DNA of 64,000 nucleotides from Octopus vulgaris (lineage: Eukaryota). Each line of letters opens with the position of its first letter. Position 1 is the stretch's first letter. The translations under genes were made by a program, and so were the position numbers. Below the pieces are notes generated by a model. That model was not told the DNA's origin, made no database searches, and worked only from the letters and a program-made list of their open reading frames with translations. The stretch is taken from positions 28,024,001-28,088,000 of the forward strand of contig OX597829.1 in NCBI GenBank assembly GCA_951406725.2. Direction: 5' to 3'. Shown one piece after another: positions 26,082-38,840 of the stretch.

Positions 26082-28179
26082 TAAATGTGAACGTCCAAAG
26101 GCTATTAGTCAGGGAATTCAAATTCCCATGCCTAACAGCATGTTGCATTCTTGAGCAAAACATTTCATTTTGTATTCCTCTGCAGTCACACACCATGCAC
26201 TGGTACAGGCAATGTCGATTTGATGGAGGGCATGAACTAATGTACCACACAAACATTTGATCACTATAAACAAATCATTTGTGTAGATTGTTTAGCAAAA
26301 AGTTGCAGAAACCTCATGTCATTTAAGACCAGAGAGTCTACCTATATATATATAAAAAGCACCATCCAAGCGTGGTTGATGCCAGTGCTGGCTGACTGGT
26401 CCTGTGCTGGTGGCATGTGAAAAGCACCATTTGAGCGTGGTTGTTGCCAGTGCCGCCTGACTGACTCCCATGCCGGTGGCATGTAAACAGCACCATTCAA
26501 GTATGGTTGATGCTAGCATCGCTTGACTGGCCCTTGTACCAGTAGCATGTAAAAAGCACCCACTACACTCTCAGAGTGGTTGGCATTAGGAAGGGCATCC
26601 AGCTTTAGAAACTTTACCAGATTGGATTGGAGCCTGCTGCAGCCTTCTGACGTGCCAGCCCTCAGTCAAACCATCCAACCCATGCCAGCATGGAAAGTGG
26701 ACGTTAAACAACAATGATGAAGATGATGATGATGTATCTGTTGCTTGTGTTAGTTATTGGACAGTGGCCAGGCTGGGACACCACCTTTAAAGGTTTAGAA
26801 CAAATTGCTCCAGTACTATTTATTTTGGAAATCTGGTACTTATTCTACACACACACTCTGTCTCTCTCACACACACTTGTAATATTTGATATACATGCAC
26901 ACATACATACATGCAGATATGTATGTGTCTGTGTAGGCAATTAATAGGCACAGATCCAGCATTCTGGATATTGTATACTTCTGTTTTAATGAGAACTACA
27001 CATGTCTGGCAATATGATCTTTGTTGGGACAGTGCCAAGTTTCCTGTAGGTCAGGTATTCTTCCAGCCTTGTCCATCTTATCTGTTTCATCCTCATATAT
27101 AGAGAATTTATGCCCACATCCCTTCTCAATATATTTGTTCCAAATTCCAGACAGTATGGATTGATTTGAAAGAAATTTAGCTGTTGTTATTTTGTGAGAG
27201 GGTCATGTAATCAATGAGAAGTTCAATGATTGGGTTTCTGCTGCAGTGGTCTAAATGTAACGGATTCATAGGAATGGTTGACATGAATTCTGTGGATTTT
27301 TATTTGCCATGAGTTTGGTACAAGCAAATTGCATGAGCTAGTCTTTTGTTGCTGCATGGCTGTGTTGATAATATATTTGATATAGATGAAGAAGACAGAA
27401 CACAAATCATAACACCACCTCGTGAAATTGTTTGCTATGTCTGCTTTGAATTGTATCATATGTGCTAACCTCTATACCGAAATGATGTCATAACTCTTGA
27501 CCACTTAACTTGGTAGTAGATTTAAGTTAAGTTGCCACAAAGACATACTACTGATCTGTCAGTTGGGATCTTAGTTCACACAGAATTCCTGGTATATTGT
27601 TGTCAATCATTGTCATCATCATCATCATCATCATCATTTAGCCTTCATTTTTCCATGCTTGCATGGATCAGATGGAATTTAGGGAGGCAGATTTTCTTAC
27701 AGTTGGAAGCCTTTTCTGGTGCCAACTCTCACCTGTTTCTAGGCAAGGCAATGTTTCCCATGGCCAGACTGGCATGTCAGTGGAGCTCATTTACAACCAA
27801 CATGTGATGTATAGACAAGGGTACACACATAGACACAGACAGACAGACACATGCACACACACACAGAGTGGATTTCTCTTCAGCTTTTGTTAAACAAATC
27901 CACCTGCAAGGCCCTAGTCAGCCAGGAGCCACAGCAGAAGACACTTGCTCAAGGTGCCATATATTATATAATACTAACCGGACGTGTGAAAATTCCATAG
28001 TGTAAGTATGCATAATGAGAAACACTATGTTAATATATTAAACATAAGCAAGGAATTTCAAAAAATTCTTTTGAAATCCTACCATTTAATCAAAACCATA
28101 CATTTAAATATAATTGAAATGAACATATTAAAAGAAAGTAAGTAAGCATTGCCTTCCAAGTATTGCTTATGTACCATCT

Positions 28180-28592
28180 TATTTCTTTATTGCCCACAAG
28201 GAGCTAAACATAAAGGTGACAAATAAGGACAGACAAAGGGATTAAGTTGATTACATCGAACCCAGTGCATAACTGGTACTTACTTTATCGACCCTGAAAA
28301 GGATGAGAGGCAAAGCTGACCTTGGCAGAATTTGAACTCAGAACATAATGGTAGATGAAATACCTATTTCTTTACTACCCACAAGGGGCTAAACACAGAG
28401 AGGAAAAATAAAGACAGACAAAGGGATTAAGTCGATTATATCGACCCCAGTGTGTAACTGGTACTTAATTTATCGACCCCGAAGGGATGAAAAGCAAAGT
28501 CGACCTCGGCAGAATTTGAACTCAGAACGTAACAGCAGACGAAATACGGCTACACATGCTACATGCTAACGTTTCTGCCAGCTCAATGCCTT
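28180..28592 (-). mobile_element. tRNA-derived SINE family 2 with tandemly duplicated 3' half
   Basis: Two ~185-bp similar units (28180-28365 and 28365-28550) followed by the head. Confidence 0.8.
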
Positions 28593-28643
28593 CCTTATTT
28601 ACCTTCTTTTAATATGTTTGACAGATGTGATGTGCTTTATAGT

Positions 28644-29938
28644 TTAAGCCTTTCATTACCGTATTTATTTTGAGATGCTCTGTGTTTCTTTCAATTAATT
28701 TTAAACATAAAAAATAATTTAGTAAAATACGAGTAAAATGCTTTCCTTTCAAAAACAACTTCATGGCTGGGAAAGGTGAAAATCAGAGTGTGCAAGGTCA
28801 GGAGAGTTGGGGGGATGGGGGAGGAGTTTATAGCCACACACCTGTGATTCTGATCTGGCGACAAGAGAGTTGTGAACCGGAGCATTGTCCTGCAAGAGGA
28901 GGATGCCTTTGCTGATCTTGCCCCGCCTCTTGATTTTGATAGCTTCTCTTAATTTCCTCAAAAGTGAAGCATAATAGGCTCCTGTAATTGTGGTACCCTT
29001 TGCCAGGAAATCTGTCATCACTACTCCGTCCTAGTCCTAGAAGACTGTGAGCATGACCTTGCCATCTTTGGAGGAGGTGAGTCCCGGTCTTTCCACTGCA
29101 TTGACTGGACTTTGGTCTCTGGATCATAGTGATGGACCCAGGTTTCATCCTGTGTAATCAGTCTTTTGAAAAATTTTGACTCATCTTCTTGGCACATCTC
29201 CAAATTCATCCTCGAGCACTCGATGCGTTCTTGCTTCTGGAAAGGTGTGAGCAACATGGGAATCCATCTGGCAGACACCTTTTGCATGTACAAATGGTCA
29301 TGAATGATAGTTTCCACAGACTCGGTACTAATCTTGACCTCATAGACTATTTGGTGAATAGTTATGCATCGATCTTTCAAAATGGCAGCCTCAAATTGAC
29401 GGACAAATGGCTCGTCGATGGCAGAAGGGAGGGGGGGCGACCAGATCTGGGAGCTGTTTCCACAGAGTTCCGACCATGTTTGAATTCATGATGCCAGCGT
29501 TTTACAAGGTTATAAGATGGGGCATCATCACCATAAGTTACTTTCATTTCATCAAAAGTCTCCCGTGGTGTGCGTTCTTTCAAATACAAAAACCGGATCA
29601 CTGCTCGACACTCAACAGGCTCCATTTCACACTTGACTCAGTTCAAACACCTGTAAATCAGAAACTACAATTAGTTCAGAGCTGTAATTTGCCACTTAAT
29701 CTATAGAGATATAAATAATTGCACATGCAAAATTTCAGCTAGATCAAACAACGGCAGTTGGGTCAGGGGCATTACTTATTGAACGTCCCTCATAACTTAG
29801 TTATCATTCAGCTAGTGTTAGGAACATTAATTGTGACTAAGGTTTGGTGGAAGACTTTAATTCAAAACTTATGCAAACAAGACATTTGAACTACAGAGCC
29901 AAAGGCAGTTTCGGGTGGCTTGGTATGAAAAGGGTTAA
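28644..29938. mobile_element. piggyBac-like MITE interrupted by a mariner
   Basis: 28644-28729 plus 29795-29938 reconstitute the 680-908 element; TTAA at both ends. Confidence 0.8.
28730..29792 (-). mobile_element. Mariner transposon, frameshifted, 3' end deleted
   Basis: MEPVECRAVIRFLYLK..VKRWHHEFK..APRSGRP; SARWIP; TQDETWVHHYDPE; LLQDNAPVH; HPPNSPDLAHSDFHL; TA TSD at 28728-29 and 29793-94. Confidence 0.92.
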
Positions 29939-30014
29939 GGAAAGAAAAACTGAATTAAAAGGACAAAACTTATTATGCTTATTATTTACAATCTTTAGTA
30001 CATGTTTACAAAAT

Positions 30015-30382
30015 AAACAAGAGCACTCAGAGAGTGCAAACCTCCGCCAAGGCAACACCAACATCTTCTCAACCATCAGCCAGAGATGATTTTTTAAAAT
30101 GTGAATATCTGAAATAAACTCTTCTGCTCTCACAAATGAGAATACTAAAAATGAACCCAACCACTCTCAAAACTTAAGTAATAAAACTGGAAAAATAATC
30201 CAGAATCCTTGTCCGGTACTGGATTGGTCCGAAAATCTAATCAGTTTATGCCAGGTATGAGGCCAAACATCTCTGAAAGTTTCATCCAAATCCATCCAGC
30301 AGTTCTTGAGATATCTTATCCATGGCCAAACAAACAAACACGACTGAAAACAATACCTCTGCTTTTGCTAAGGTCAAGGTAA
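30015..30382 (-). mobile_element. Helentron-associated element (HINE-like), second copy
   Basis: Reverse-complement homology to 1436-1783. Confidence 0.65.
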
Positions 30383-30899
30383 TAAATAAATACAAACTAT
30401 ATTTCATATGATTATGATTTGCTTATAGGCAAAAGACATGAACTTACTGAGTTAGATATAATACATTCTACATTATAAATGGAACTACACAAAAACTGTA
30501 TGTAATATACATATATACATAGTGATACAAAACATGAATTGATTTAAATATATATGAAACAGTTATTGTACTTGAACCAACAAAATGCTTTTCAAAATAT
30601 GAATGATATAAATATACATGAGATTTAATTGTTCTCATTTATAGACGTTTGTGATATTGTTTCATTATGTTAAGCATTTTAGTTTCGCTTGCAATTTGAA
30701 TCCACAAATGCAAAATAATATGAACTGTCTCTCTCTCTCCCCTCTTTCTCATGTTTTCTCTTTCTATTTTTCATCAATTCCACTATATCCATTATTCTCT
30801 TTGTCTCCCCTTCTCTCTCTCTATGTATGTCTTTTCTCCATTTGAGTTATTACCTCCCTTGATGTAACACATAGACCAAACAGGTAGACCACAGGAAGA

Positions 30900-31150
30900 A
30901 CATTTGATGGATATTTGTCCTCAAATTGTTTGTTAACACAATGTTTCGGCTGATATACCCTCCAGCCTTCATCAGGTGTATTGGCAAAATTTCGAACCTG
31001 GGTTCTCATTCCTAAGGTATTTTTCAATGTAGTTATTATTATTATTATTCAGGCCACTGCCTGGAATCGAACTTGGAATCTTGGGGTTAGTAGCCTGCAC
31101 TCTTAACCACTACACCATAACATGCCTGTGGGCATATGGCGTAGTGGTTC
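30900..31150 (-). mobile_element. tRNA-head / (AAT)n / hammerhead short element
   Basis: Minus strand: TGGTGTAGTGG (A box)..AGTTCGATTCC (B box)..(AAT)n..ACAC-CTGATGA-AGGCTG..CAGCC-GAAA-CATT-GTGT; inverted partial head at 31131-31149. Confidence 0.8.
30936..30979 (-). ncRNA. Minimal type I hammerhead ribozyme
   Basis: Stem I ACAC/GTGT, core CTGATGA, stem II GGCTG/CAGCC, GAAAC(A/G)TT; the three copies imply an ancestral GAAACGTT. Confidence 0.7.
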
Positions 31151-31474
31151 TTGAGAAGTGTTTACTAAAATCATCCACTTGTTCTGTGCATTTGAAGATA
31201 AGTGGAATGAAAGCTCCCTTATTTGGAAAACAGATGACAAGATTAGTGACAGGAAGGGAATCCAGATGTAAAAATAACTATGCTTCAACAATATGTACTC
31301 ATCTAGTACCTGGCAGCTTAGTAAAATGGACACAAAAGCATATGAACAAATGAATGAAGGGTGTGATTTGAAGAGGTTTAGCTGTTATTTCTTGCGGGTT
31401 GAGAGACCATATAGTAGCTCATCTATAGTCTTAGCTTCTCCACAAAAATTGTGTTGTTGCATCCATGTAAAATA

Positions 31475-31688
31475 TTGGGTTGTCCGGAAAGTTCGTGCTG
31501 ATTTTTAAAGGAAAGAAAAAGGTCAATAATACTTGCCATTACATTTTCAATCAACGAAATACGAACCATTTTGTTGCACAATCTTTCCTTTAACTTGAAA
31601 ATACCCTCTTCCCAGAATTGAGGTGCCTGGGAGGGTAAGTTGAAAGGTAAGCTACTATAAATCAGCACGAACTTTCCGGACAACCCGA
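31475..31688. mobile_element. Mariner-type MITE
   Basis: ~30-bp TIRs TTGGGTTGTCCGGAAAGTTCGTGCTGATTT / AAATCAGCACGAACTTTCCGGACAACCCGA flanked by TA. Confidence 0.88.
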
Positions 31689-31879
31689 TATTATTTATCC
31701 TTATGTTCCTTTGTTTAAAAAACCTTTGTGAATGATGTGCAAAAACAGCTGCATCAAACTTTTTTTAAAATTTCATTTCTAGTCCAAGTGGTAATATAAA
31801 TGTCGTAAAACCATATGAGCAAAGTCATAAAATTGTGTTGTTTTGAAGTAATATTTTAAAGTAATTCTTTTAATTGATA

Positions 31880-32575
31880 TCTCTAAACTGCCGTCCTCGA
31901 TCGGTGGTGATCCTTGAGGGAACACCAAAACGAGATATCCAGCCGGATATTAAAGCCCGAGCTACGGTCTCAGCAGGAATGTCGACCCAAGGTATGGCCT
32001 CTGGCCAATGAGAAAACTGGTCAACACAGGTCGGGATAGACATATATCTATCACTGACGGGCCAAAGACTAACTAGGTCGATGTGTATGTGGCGAAAGCG
32101 AGTGTCCAGTTGATGGAATTTTCCCAATGGAACACGAATATGTTGATGGATCTTAGAACGCTGGCACTAAGTACAAGAACGAGCCCAGGTGGTGATGTTT
32201 CGGCGCATGTCTGGCGAGAAAAACCAAGCTGTGATGAGCTTGACAGAGGCAGAAATTCCTGGATGCGATAAGGAATGCAAATAATCGAAAACGATCCAGC
32301 GATGACTCAGATGAACGGACAGACGCGGTGATCCGGTGGATACATCGCAAAGGATATTACTATCCGCAGTTGATAGGGGTAAGTATTCGAACTGACAATG
32401 CAAAAACTCAGGTGATGAGATGTCAACTAAACTTGGTGGAGATTGGTCGGAAGCCAAGGTAACCAAATCCAACGTAGCAGGAGTTAAAGCGGAAACGGGA
32501 AGTCTGGATAACGCGTCTGCTGGAATATTCTCGAAGCTCGCGATGTGACGGATGTCGTGCGTGAACTGGGATATA
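31880..32575 (-). pseudogene. Gypsy LTR retrotransposon pol fragment (end of RNase H, integrase)
   Basis: NIPADALSRLP; LHSLSHPGI....WARSCT*CQRSK; FRHIHIDLV; [14 protein letters not shown]; [19 protein letters not shown]. Confidence 0.9.
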
Positions 32576-32711
32576 ATTTTGAATTTGAATTTCTATAATT
32601 TTGAATATTTATCACATTTCATTTTGAACTCGACAAAGGCAGGCAAACTGTCGAAATATCGTTCAACCAATAGAATATCTAATGCAATCGCATCGCGCTC
32701 TTCATATTGTC

Positions 32712-32763
<52 letters not shown>

Positions 32764-32785
32764 TATTATTATTATTATTATTATA

Positions 32786-34207
32786 ACTAGGAATCCATTA
32801 ACTAGGTATGATACAACACACAAAGGAAAAATAAAATAAATAAAGAATACTATAGACGAGTTAGATCAATACTAAAAACAGAGGTCAATGCTAAAAACAA
32901 GATAATAGGTATTAACACTTTAGCCGTCCCAGTTATAAGTTACAGCTACAATATCCTTAACTGGACGCTAAATGAACTAACCAAAATAGATAGGAAAACA
33001 AGAAAAATAATGACAGGATCTAGGATGCATCACCCAAAATCTGACATAGAAAGGCTATATATACAACGTATAGAAGGTGGTAGAGGCCTTATACAGCTGG
33101 AAAACTATTATGAAATAATCACCATAGGACTACAAAATATCTACTTCAGAAGCAAGGAAAACTGACACAAATAGCGGCAAAACACGAGCAAAAAAAAAGG
33201 AAGCTGACAAATACAAACAAGAAATCATAACACCTAACAAATATGAAGAAGAAGAAGAAGAAGAAGAAGAAGAAGAAGAAGAAGAAGAAGAAGAAGAAGA
33301 AGAAGAAGAAACAACAAAAGCTATAAAACAAATGAAATCCAAACTAAAACTAGAACAGCAACGGACCATGATAAAACGATGGCAAGAAAAGCCCCTTCAT
33401 GGCAAATACTGCACTAAACTAAACGCAAAAGAAATAGACAAAGAAAAATCCCAGCAATGGTTGAGAAGCTCAGGACTCAAAGCAGAGACGGAGAGATTTT
33501 TAATTGCAGTACAAGACCAAAGCCTCCCCACCAGAAATTACCAAAAACATATAATGAAAAGAAACATAACAAGTAACTGCAGAATATGTGGAGATGGACA
33601 AGAAACAATAAATCATATTATCTCTGGCTGCCCAGTCCTGGCTAACAAGGAATATATTCACAGACACGACAGAGTTGGGACCTACATACACTGGAAGCTA
33701 TGCCAACAGAAAAAGGATGGTATAAGCACACACCAGAAAAGGTTACAGAAAACGAGAAAGCAACCATCCTCTGGGATTTGCCAATACACACAGATAAAGA
33801 AATTAAGACCAATAGGCCAGATATAGTTGTTAGAGATCATGAAGAAAAAAATGTTTTCTAATTGATGTATCAATACCAGCAGACGACAACGTTTCTCTAA
33901 AAGAAATGGAGAAACTATCAAAATACAAAGATCTGGAAATAGAGGTAACTCGAATGTGGAATCTATAAACAGAAACAATCCCTATCATAGTGGGTGCATT
34001 AGGTATGATAAAAAAATATTCAGACAAATACATAACGAAAACACCAGGACTTACAAACACATATAACATACAGAAAATTGCACTACTGGACACTGCACAC
34101 AAACTACGCAAAACATTTCAATAGAGTAACCATCAGAGCATCACATCAAATCACAGCACATACCCAAGGCACACAGAGCTGCGCTCGGTAGTGAAGTGAA
34201 AGCACTA

Positions 34208-34210
<3 letters not shown>
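32786..34210 (+). mobile_element. 5'-truncated, decayed Dong/R4-type non-LTR retrotransposon in (AAT)n
   Basis: EYYRRVRSILKTE, MHHPKSDIERLY, KPLHGKY, CRICGDGQETINHIISGC, RHDRV, RPDIV, KYKDLEIE; (AAT)n on both sides; internal (GAA)n expansion at 33245-33310. Confidence 0.9.
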
Positions 34211-34273
<63 letters not shown>

Positions 34274-34484
34274 AAGAAGAAGAAGAATGGTTTCAAATTT
34301 TTCCACAAGGGCAGCCATTTTGGGGGAGGAGATGAGTCGCTTACATCGACCCCAGTGTTTCATTGGTACTTAATTTATGGACTCCGAAAGGATGAAAGGT
34401 AAAGTCGATGTTTGGCGGAATTCGTACTCAGAACGTTGCGGCAGACGAAATACGCTAATCATTTCGCCCAGCTTGCCGCTTTTC

Positions 34485-34554
<70 letters not shown>

Positions 34555-34569
34555 GATGATGATGATGAT

Positions 34570-37500
34570 GATTTCTTTATTAACCCTGAGGGTTTTCATT
34601 AAGAAAAAACATGGACAACACAGGACAGAACGAAAAATGTGTGTGTGCATTTGTGTGAGTGTGTGTTGTGAGGGTTTTGCGTGTAAACAAGACTAACAAA
34701 ATTAAAAAAGAAAAGAAATCAATAGGGAGGGGACGTTCGAGGGCTGCTCATGGAAAAATCCCACAAAAAAACTATGGGTACTCTGACTTTTGGAGCAGGT
34801 GACTTTTCTCCTTTGTTTTTTCAACTGCAGGCGTAGGCTCTGGGCAGACCCGTTCACTCGTACCTTTCTTGCCACTTTCATTCAACTTTCAGCAAATTGA
34901 CTGGAAGACAACATTTCCCTTATTTTCCTTTTCAAGTGAAACTTGAAGCAGTTCGTCAGGGATGGCCAAAGAGAAAAGTGTTTGTCTTCAGCACCTTCCA
35001 TCTCGTCCATCATACAACCTCTTTCGCCATGGCCACCAGGCATATAAACACAATCTTTCCTTCTCGGAAATTTTGGCCAAGGTGTTTGCTACGAAGTTGG
35101 CGCTTGTCGTCGGGGATTTAACAGGGAAGGTACAGATATCTACCATTCTGAAAAGATCCATCCACGACAACCTCTACCTCATGCGATACATCATTGAGAA
35201 ACTGACTAAAGAACCTGGCACAGGGAGAGACCCTGATCAATTTAGATCAGCCTAAAGTTTTCAATAGGATCGATCATCTATACCTGGCGGCAGCAGGTTT
35301 CGGGCCTGTATTCAGGGGCTGGATCGCTGCAATGCACAACGACATCTGTTCAGTAGTCAGAGTGAACGTTCACCTCTCAGAACAGTTCAACATCATGCGC
35401 TCGGTCCGGCAAGGTTGCCACCAATAGTCTCTCTTGTATGTACTAACACTCGAGCCACTACTACACAAACTGGAGGCGTTGAGAGGCATCCCGCGTGACC
35501 TAGGATGTGGAAGATGCGTGTCGGTATATGCCAACGACGTCACCGTAGGAAGGCAGCGGGGCGATCTTCACGATGGATTCAGTTGACTGCCGGGTCCGTC
35601 CTACACGCAACAGCAGGTGTTCGACATAAACCCACAGGTCAGTAATGCTCAGGCACTGGACGAGTGCATGCAGGGCCGTCTCGTCACCCTGCGCGCATCT
35701 TGGACACGCTCGGCCGACGAAACTCTCCGGTAGCACTGCCAGGCCAGAGATTTTTGGGAATTATCCATCGGTCCCGGGTCGAAAGTTCTCTGGAAAAGAG
35801 CGGCTAGCTGATCTTTGACGCTCAAGGTCTCCCCAAGAGCGTCGTCGCACGTTTCCTCATTAATCCTCTATAAAAATCTAGTGGACGTACCACCTATCGC
35901 AGTGTCCAATTGGCTGAGGGCTGTGAACGCTCGAAGACATTACACTTTTCAAATATCTTCTCTCGGTCTCTGTGTTACCTAGGACTGCAGCTCCGTTAAA
36001 GAAACTAGCTGCGGAAATACGTCCTGGTGAACCGCAACCACACCTGTTCACCGTCTAGGAAGTACTAGAGATGTTGTAGTGTCAGTGCATATCTGCACAT
36101 CATCAACCACGGCATGCCCCGGCCACCACTCACCGGGGTTTGATAGCAGATAGATCGTCTGATCATCGGGACGCGTCCTTTCCACCAGAAGCGGAAGAGT
36201 ATACGCTCCAGCGTAATCAGACGGTGGCCAGGACAAGGCACGACGGTCAAGCGATAGTAGATGACGGACATGATATACGGGTTAGCCACCTCTTCCCGAC
36301 CTTTCAAGCACAGCTTTCTCGCGGCCCATTTCTGAGTAAGGGTAGCCACCCTGCAAAGACGCAGCTGGACGGTATGGACCTGCCTCTCCAGGTGCCGAGC
36401 CCACTGATTTTTCCTGGTTAATCGTCGCTCCTGAAACTGCCTCGCAGTCCCTGAAAGCGATGTGGATAATTTCTACGTGCTTATGATCCGACACCACTAC
36501 GGTGACGTCGTTGGCATATGCCGACACGCATCTTCCACATCCTAGGTCACGCGGGATGCCTCTCAACGCCTCCAGTTTGTGTAGTAGTGGCTCGAGTGTT
36601 AGTACATACAAGAGAGACGATTGGGGGCAACCTTGCCGGACCGAGCGCATGATGTTGAACGGTTCTGAGAGGTGAACGTTCACTCTGACTACTGAGCAGA
36701 TGTCGTTGTGCATTGCAGCGATCCAGCCCCTGAATACAGGCCCGAAACCTGCTGCCGCCAGGTATAGATGATCGATCCTATTGAAAACTTTAGGCTGATC
36801 TAAATTGATCAGGGTCCCTCCCTGTGCCAGGTTCTTTAGTCAGTTTCTCAATGATGTATCGCATGAGGTAGAGGTTGTCGTGGATGGATCTTTTCAGAAT
36901 GGTAGATATCTGTACCTTCCCTGTTAAATCCCCGACGACAAGCGCCAACCTCGTAGCAAACACCTTGGCCAAAATTTTGAACTCTGCATTCAGCAGAGTT
37001 ATGGGCTCTAAAGTTTTTGATACACTCCCCCTTGTTCGGTTCTTTTCTCCTCAGCTCACAAAACTGGGAATTCTCCCATTCTGTTGCCAGTTGCAGTAAA
37101 CGTTTGCTAAAAAGTCGCCAAACAAGTCTGGCATGTATGCGCAAAGCTCCTAGGGGAAAAACTATCCAAACCAGGCGACTTGTCTCTCATGCAACTAGCC
37201 ATTGCTTCTCTTATTTCAAAGGCTGTTATCGGCACATTTGTCTCGGATTAGTTATCATTTGCCCGTTGCAGCCCGGTAAGGATCGGATCGTGGATTTGTT
37301 GCCACGCTGTGTCTCTGCCTCGGGCTCATTGCACGGCTTTCGTCCCTTTGTGTCTAAGTGTTTGTGCCTTAGCTCTGACGACACAACCTTAGTTTTTCGC
37401 GTCGAAGAATTAGTCGAGTGCCAATCTTGCTGCATGCACGTCAGTCGCTATGCCTTTTCTAAAAGCCTCGTCTAACTTCTTGACTAGCTCTGCCTCTACT

Positions 37501-37810
37501 CTATTTCTTTCTACTGCTAGTCCTTTGCTAAACCTTATCGAATTTATTCTAAATGCCTTTTCAGGGCGAATCACCATTTATCGTTGATTATTATTCCCGT
37601 CAAAGCCCTCTTAACTAGTCCACTAATCCGGTCATTGAAATTTTTACGCGCCAGCAACGACGTGTTCAGTTTCCAGTAACCGGGCCCCTGTCTATGAAGC
37701 CTACAAATCACGAATTTGTGGTCTGCGTAGTCGACTACTTTAAACTGTGGACAACCTATGCTATCCTTATCTGCTACTCTACAAAATACCCTATCTAGAT
37801 ACGATCTGGA
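34570..37810 (-). mobile_element. Decayed Tx1/L1-clade LINE
   Basis: Minus strand: YLDRVF, DHKFV, GPGYWKLNTSLL, ILAKVFATRL, RSIHDNLYLMRYII, VRQGCPQSSLLYVLTLEPL, SAYANDVT, CPRCAQGDETALHALVQC; the 3' UTR ends near 34570. Confidence 0.88.
35068..35548 (+). repeat. 481-bp inverted duplicate of 36497-36977
   Basis: Near-identical reverse complement with a few substitutions. Confidence 0.92.
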
Positions 37811-38323
37811 TGACCCGATGCAGTTTGACCAGGTCCACTCCGGGAAATACCAGTCGATACCTGTCAGACAGTTGGATTCGTCTGAGCAGGTTTGCGAGGC
37901 TTTTTCACCCTCTTCTCCTGTCTGCTAAACCAACACAGTCCCACCGTGCATTTAAAACTCCATTCCAGTCCTCCACTAACACTAAAGAGCAGGACGTTTG
38001 TTCTGTGTGTATTTGTTTTTGTTGGCTTGATTTTTTTCTTTCTACTTCTTGCGTGCATGAGGATTGTTTTTGCTTGTCCATATGTTTGTTTTTCTGTCTC
38101 TCTCTCTTACTCTTTTTACTTATTTCAGTCATTTGACTGTGGCCATGCTGGAGCATCGCCTTTAGTCGAGCAAATCGACCCCAGGACTTATTCTTTGTAA
38201 GCCTAGTACTTATTCTATTGGTCTCTTTTGCCGAACCACAAAGTTATGGGGACGTAAACACACCAGCATCGGTTGTCAAGTGATGTTGGGGCGACAAACA
38301 CAGACACACAAACATATACACAC

Positions 38324-38373
<50 letters not shown>

Positions 38374-38431
38374 ATGTTTCGTTTGTCGTAGCACACGTTT
38401 CCGTCGATTTCCTCCGTCGATTTCCGTAAAA

Positions 38432-38840
38432 AGTGTAAACACTGAATCGGCCATACATACATACATACATACATACATACATACATACATACATACATAC
38501 ACACACACATACATACACACACACACATACATAGATACATACACACACACATACATGCAGACATACATATACACATAAACCGAGTAAAAAATTACACTGA
38601 ATCGGCCATACATACATACATACATACATACATACATACACATACACAGATACATACACACATACATACATACATTCAGACATACATATACACATACACC
38701 GAGTGAAAAATTACACTGAATCGGCCATACATACATACGTACACACACACATACATAGATACATACACACATACATACACACACACATACATAGATACAT
38801 ACACACACATACATATACACATACACCGAGTAAAAAATTT
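38432..38840 (+). repeat. Composite tandem repeat: fixed spacer plus (ATAC)n
   Basis: CCGAGTAAAAAATTACACTGAATCGGCC recurs about every 120-150 bp, separated by microsatellite. Confidence 0.8.
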
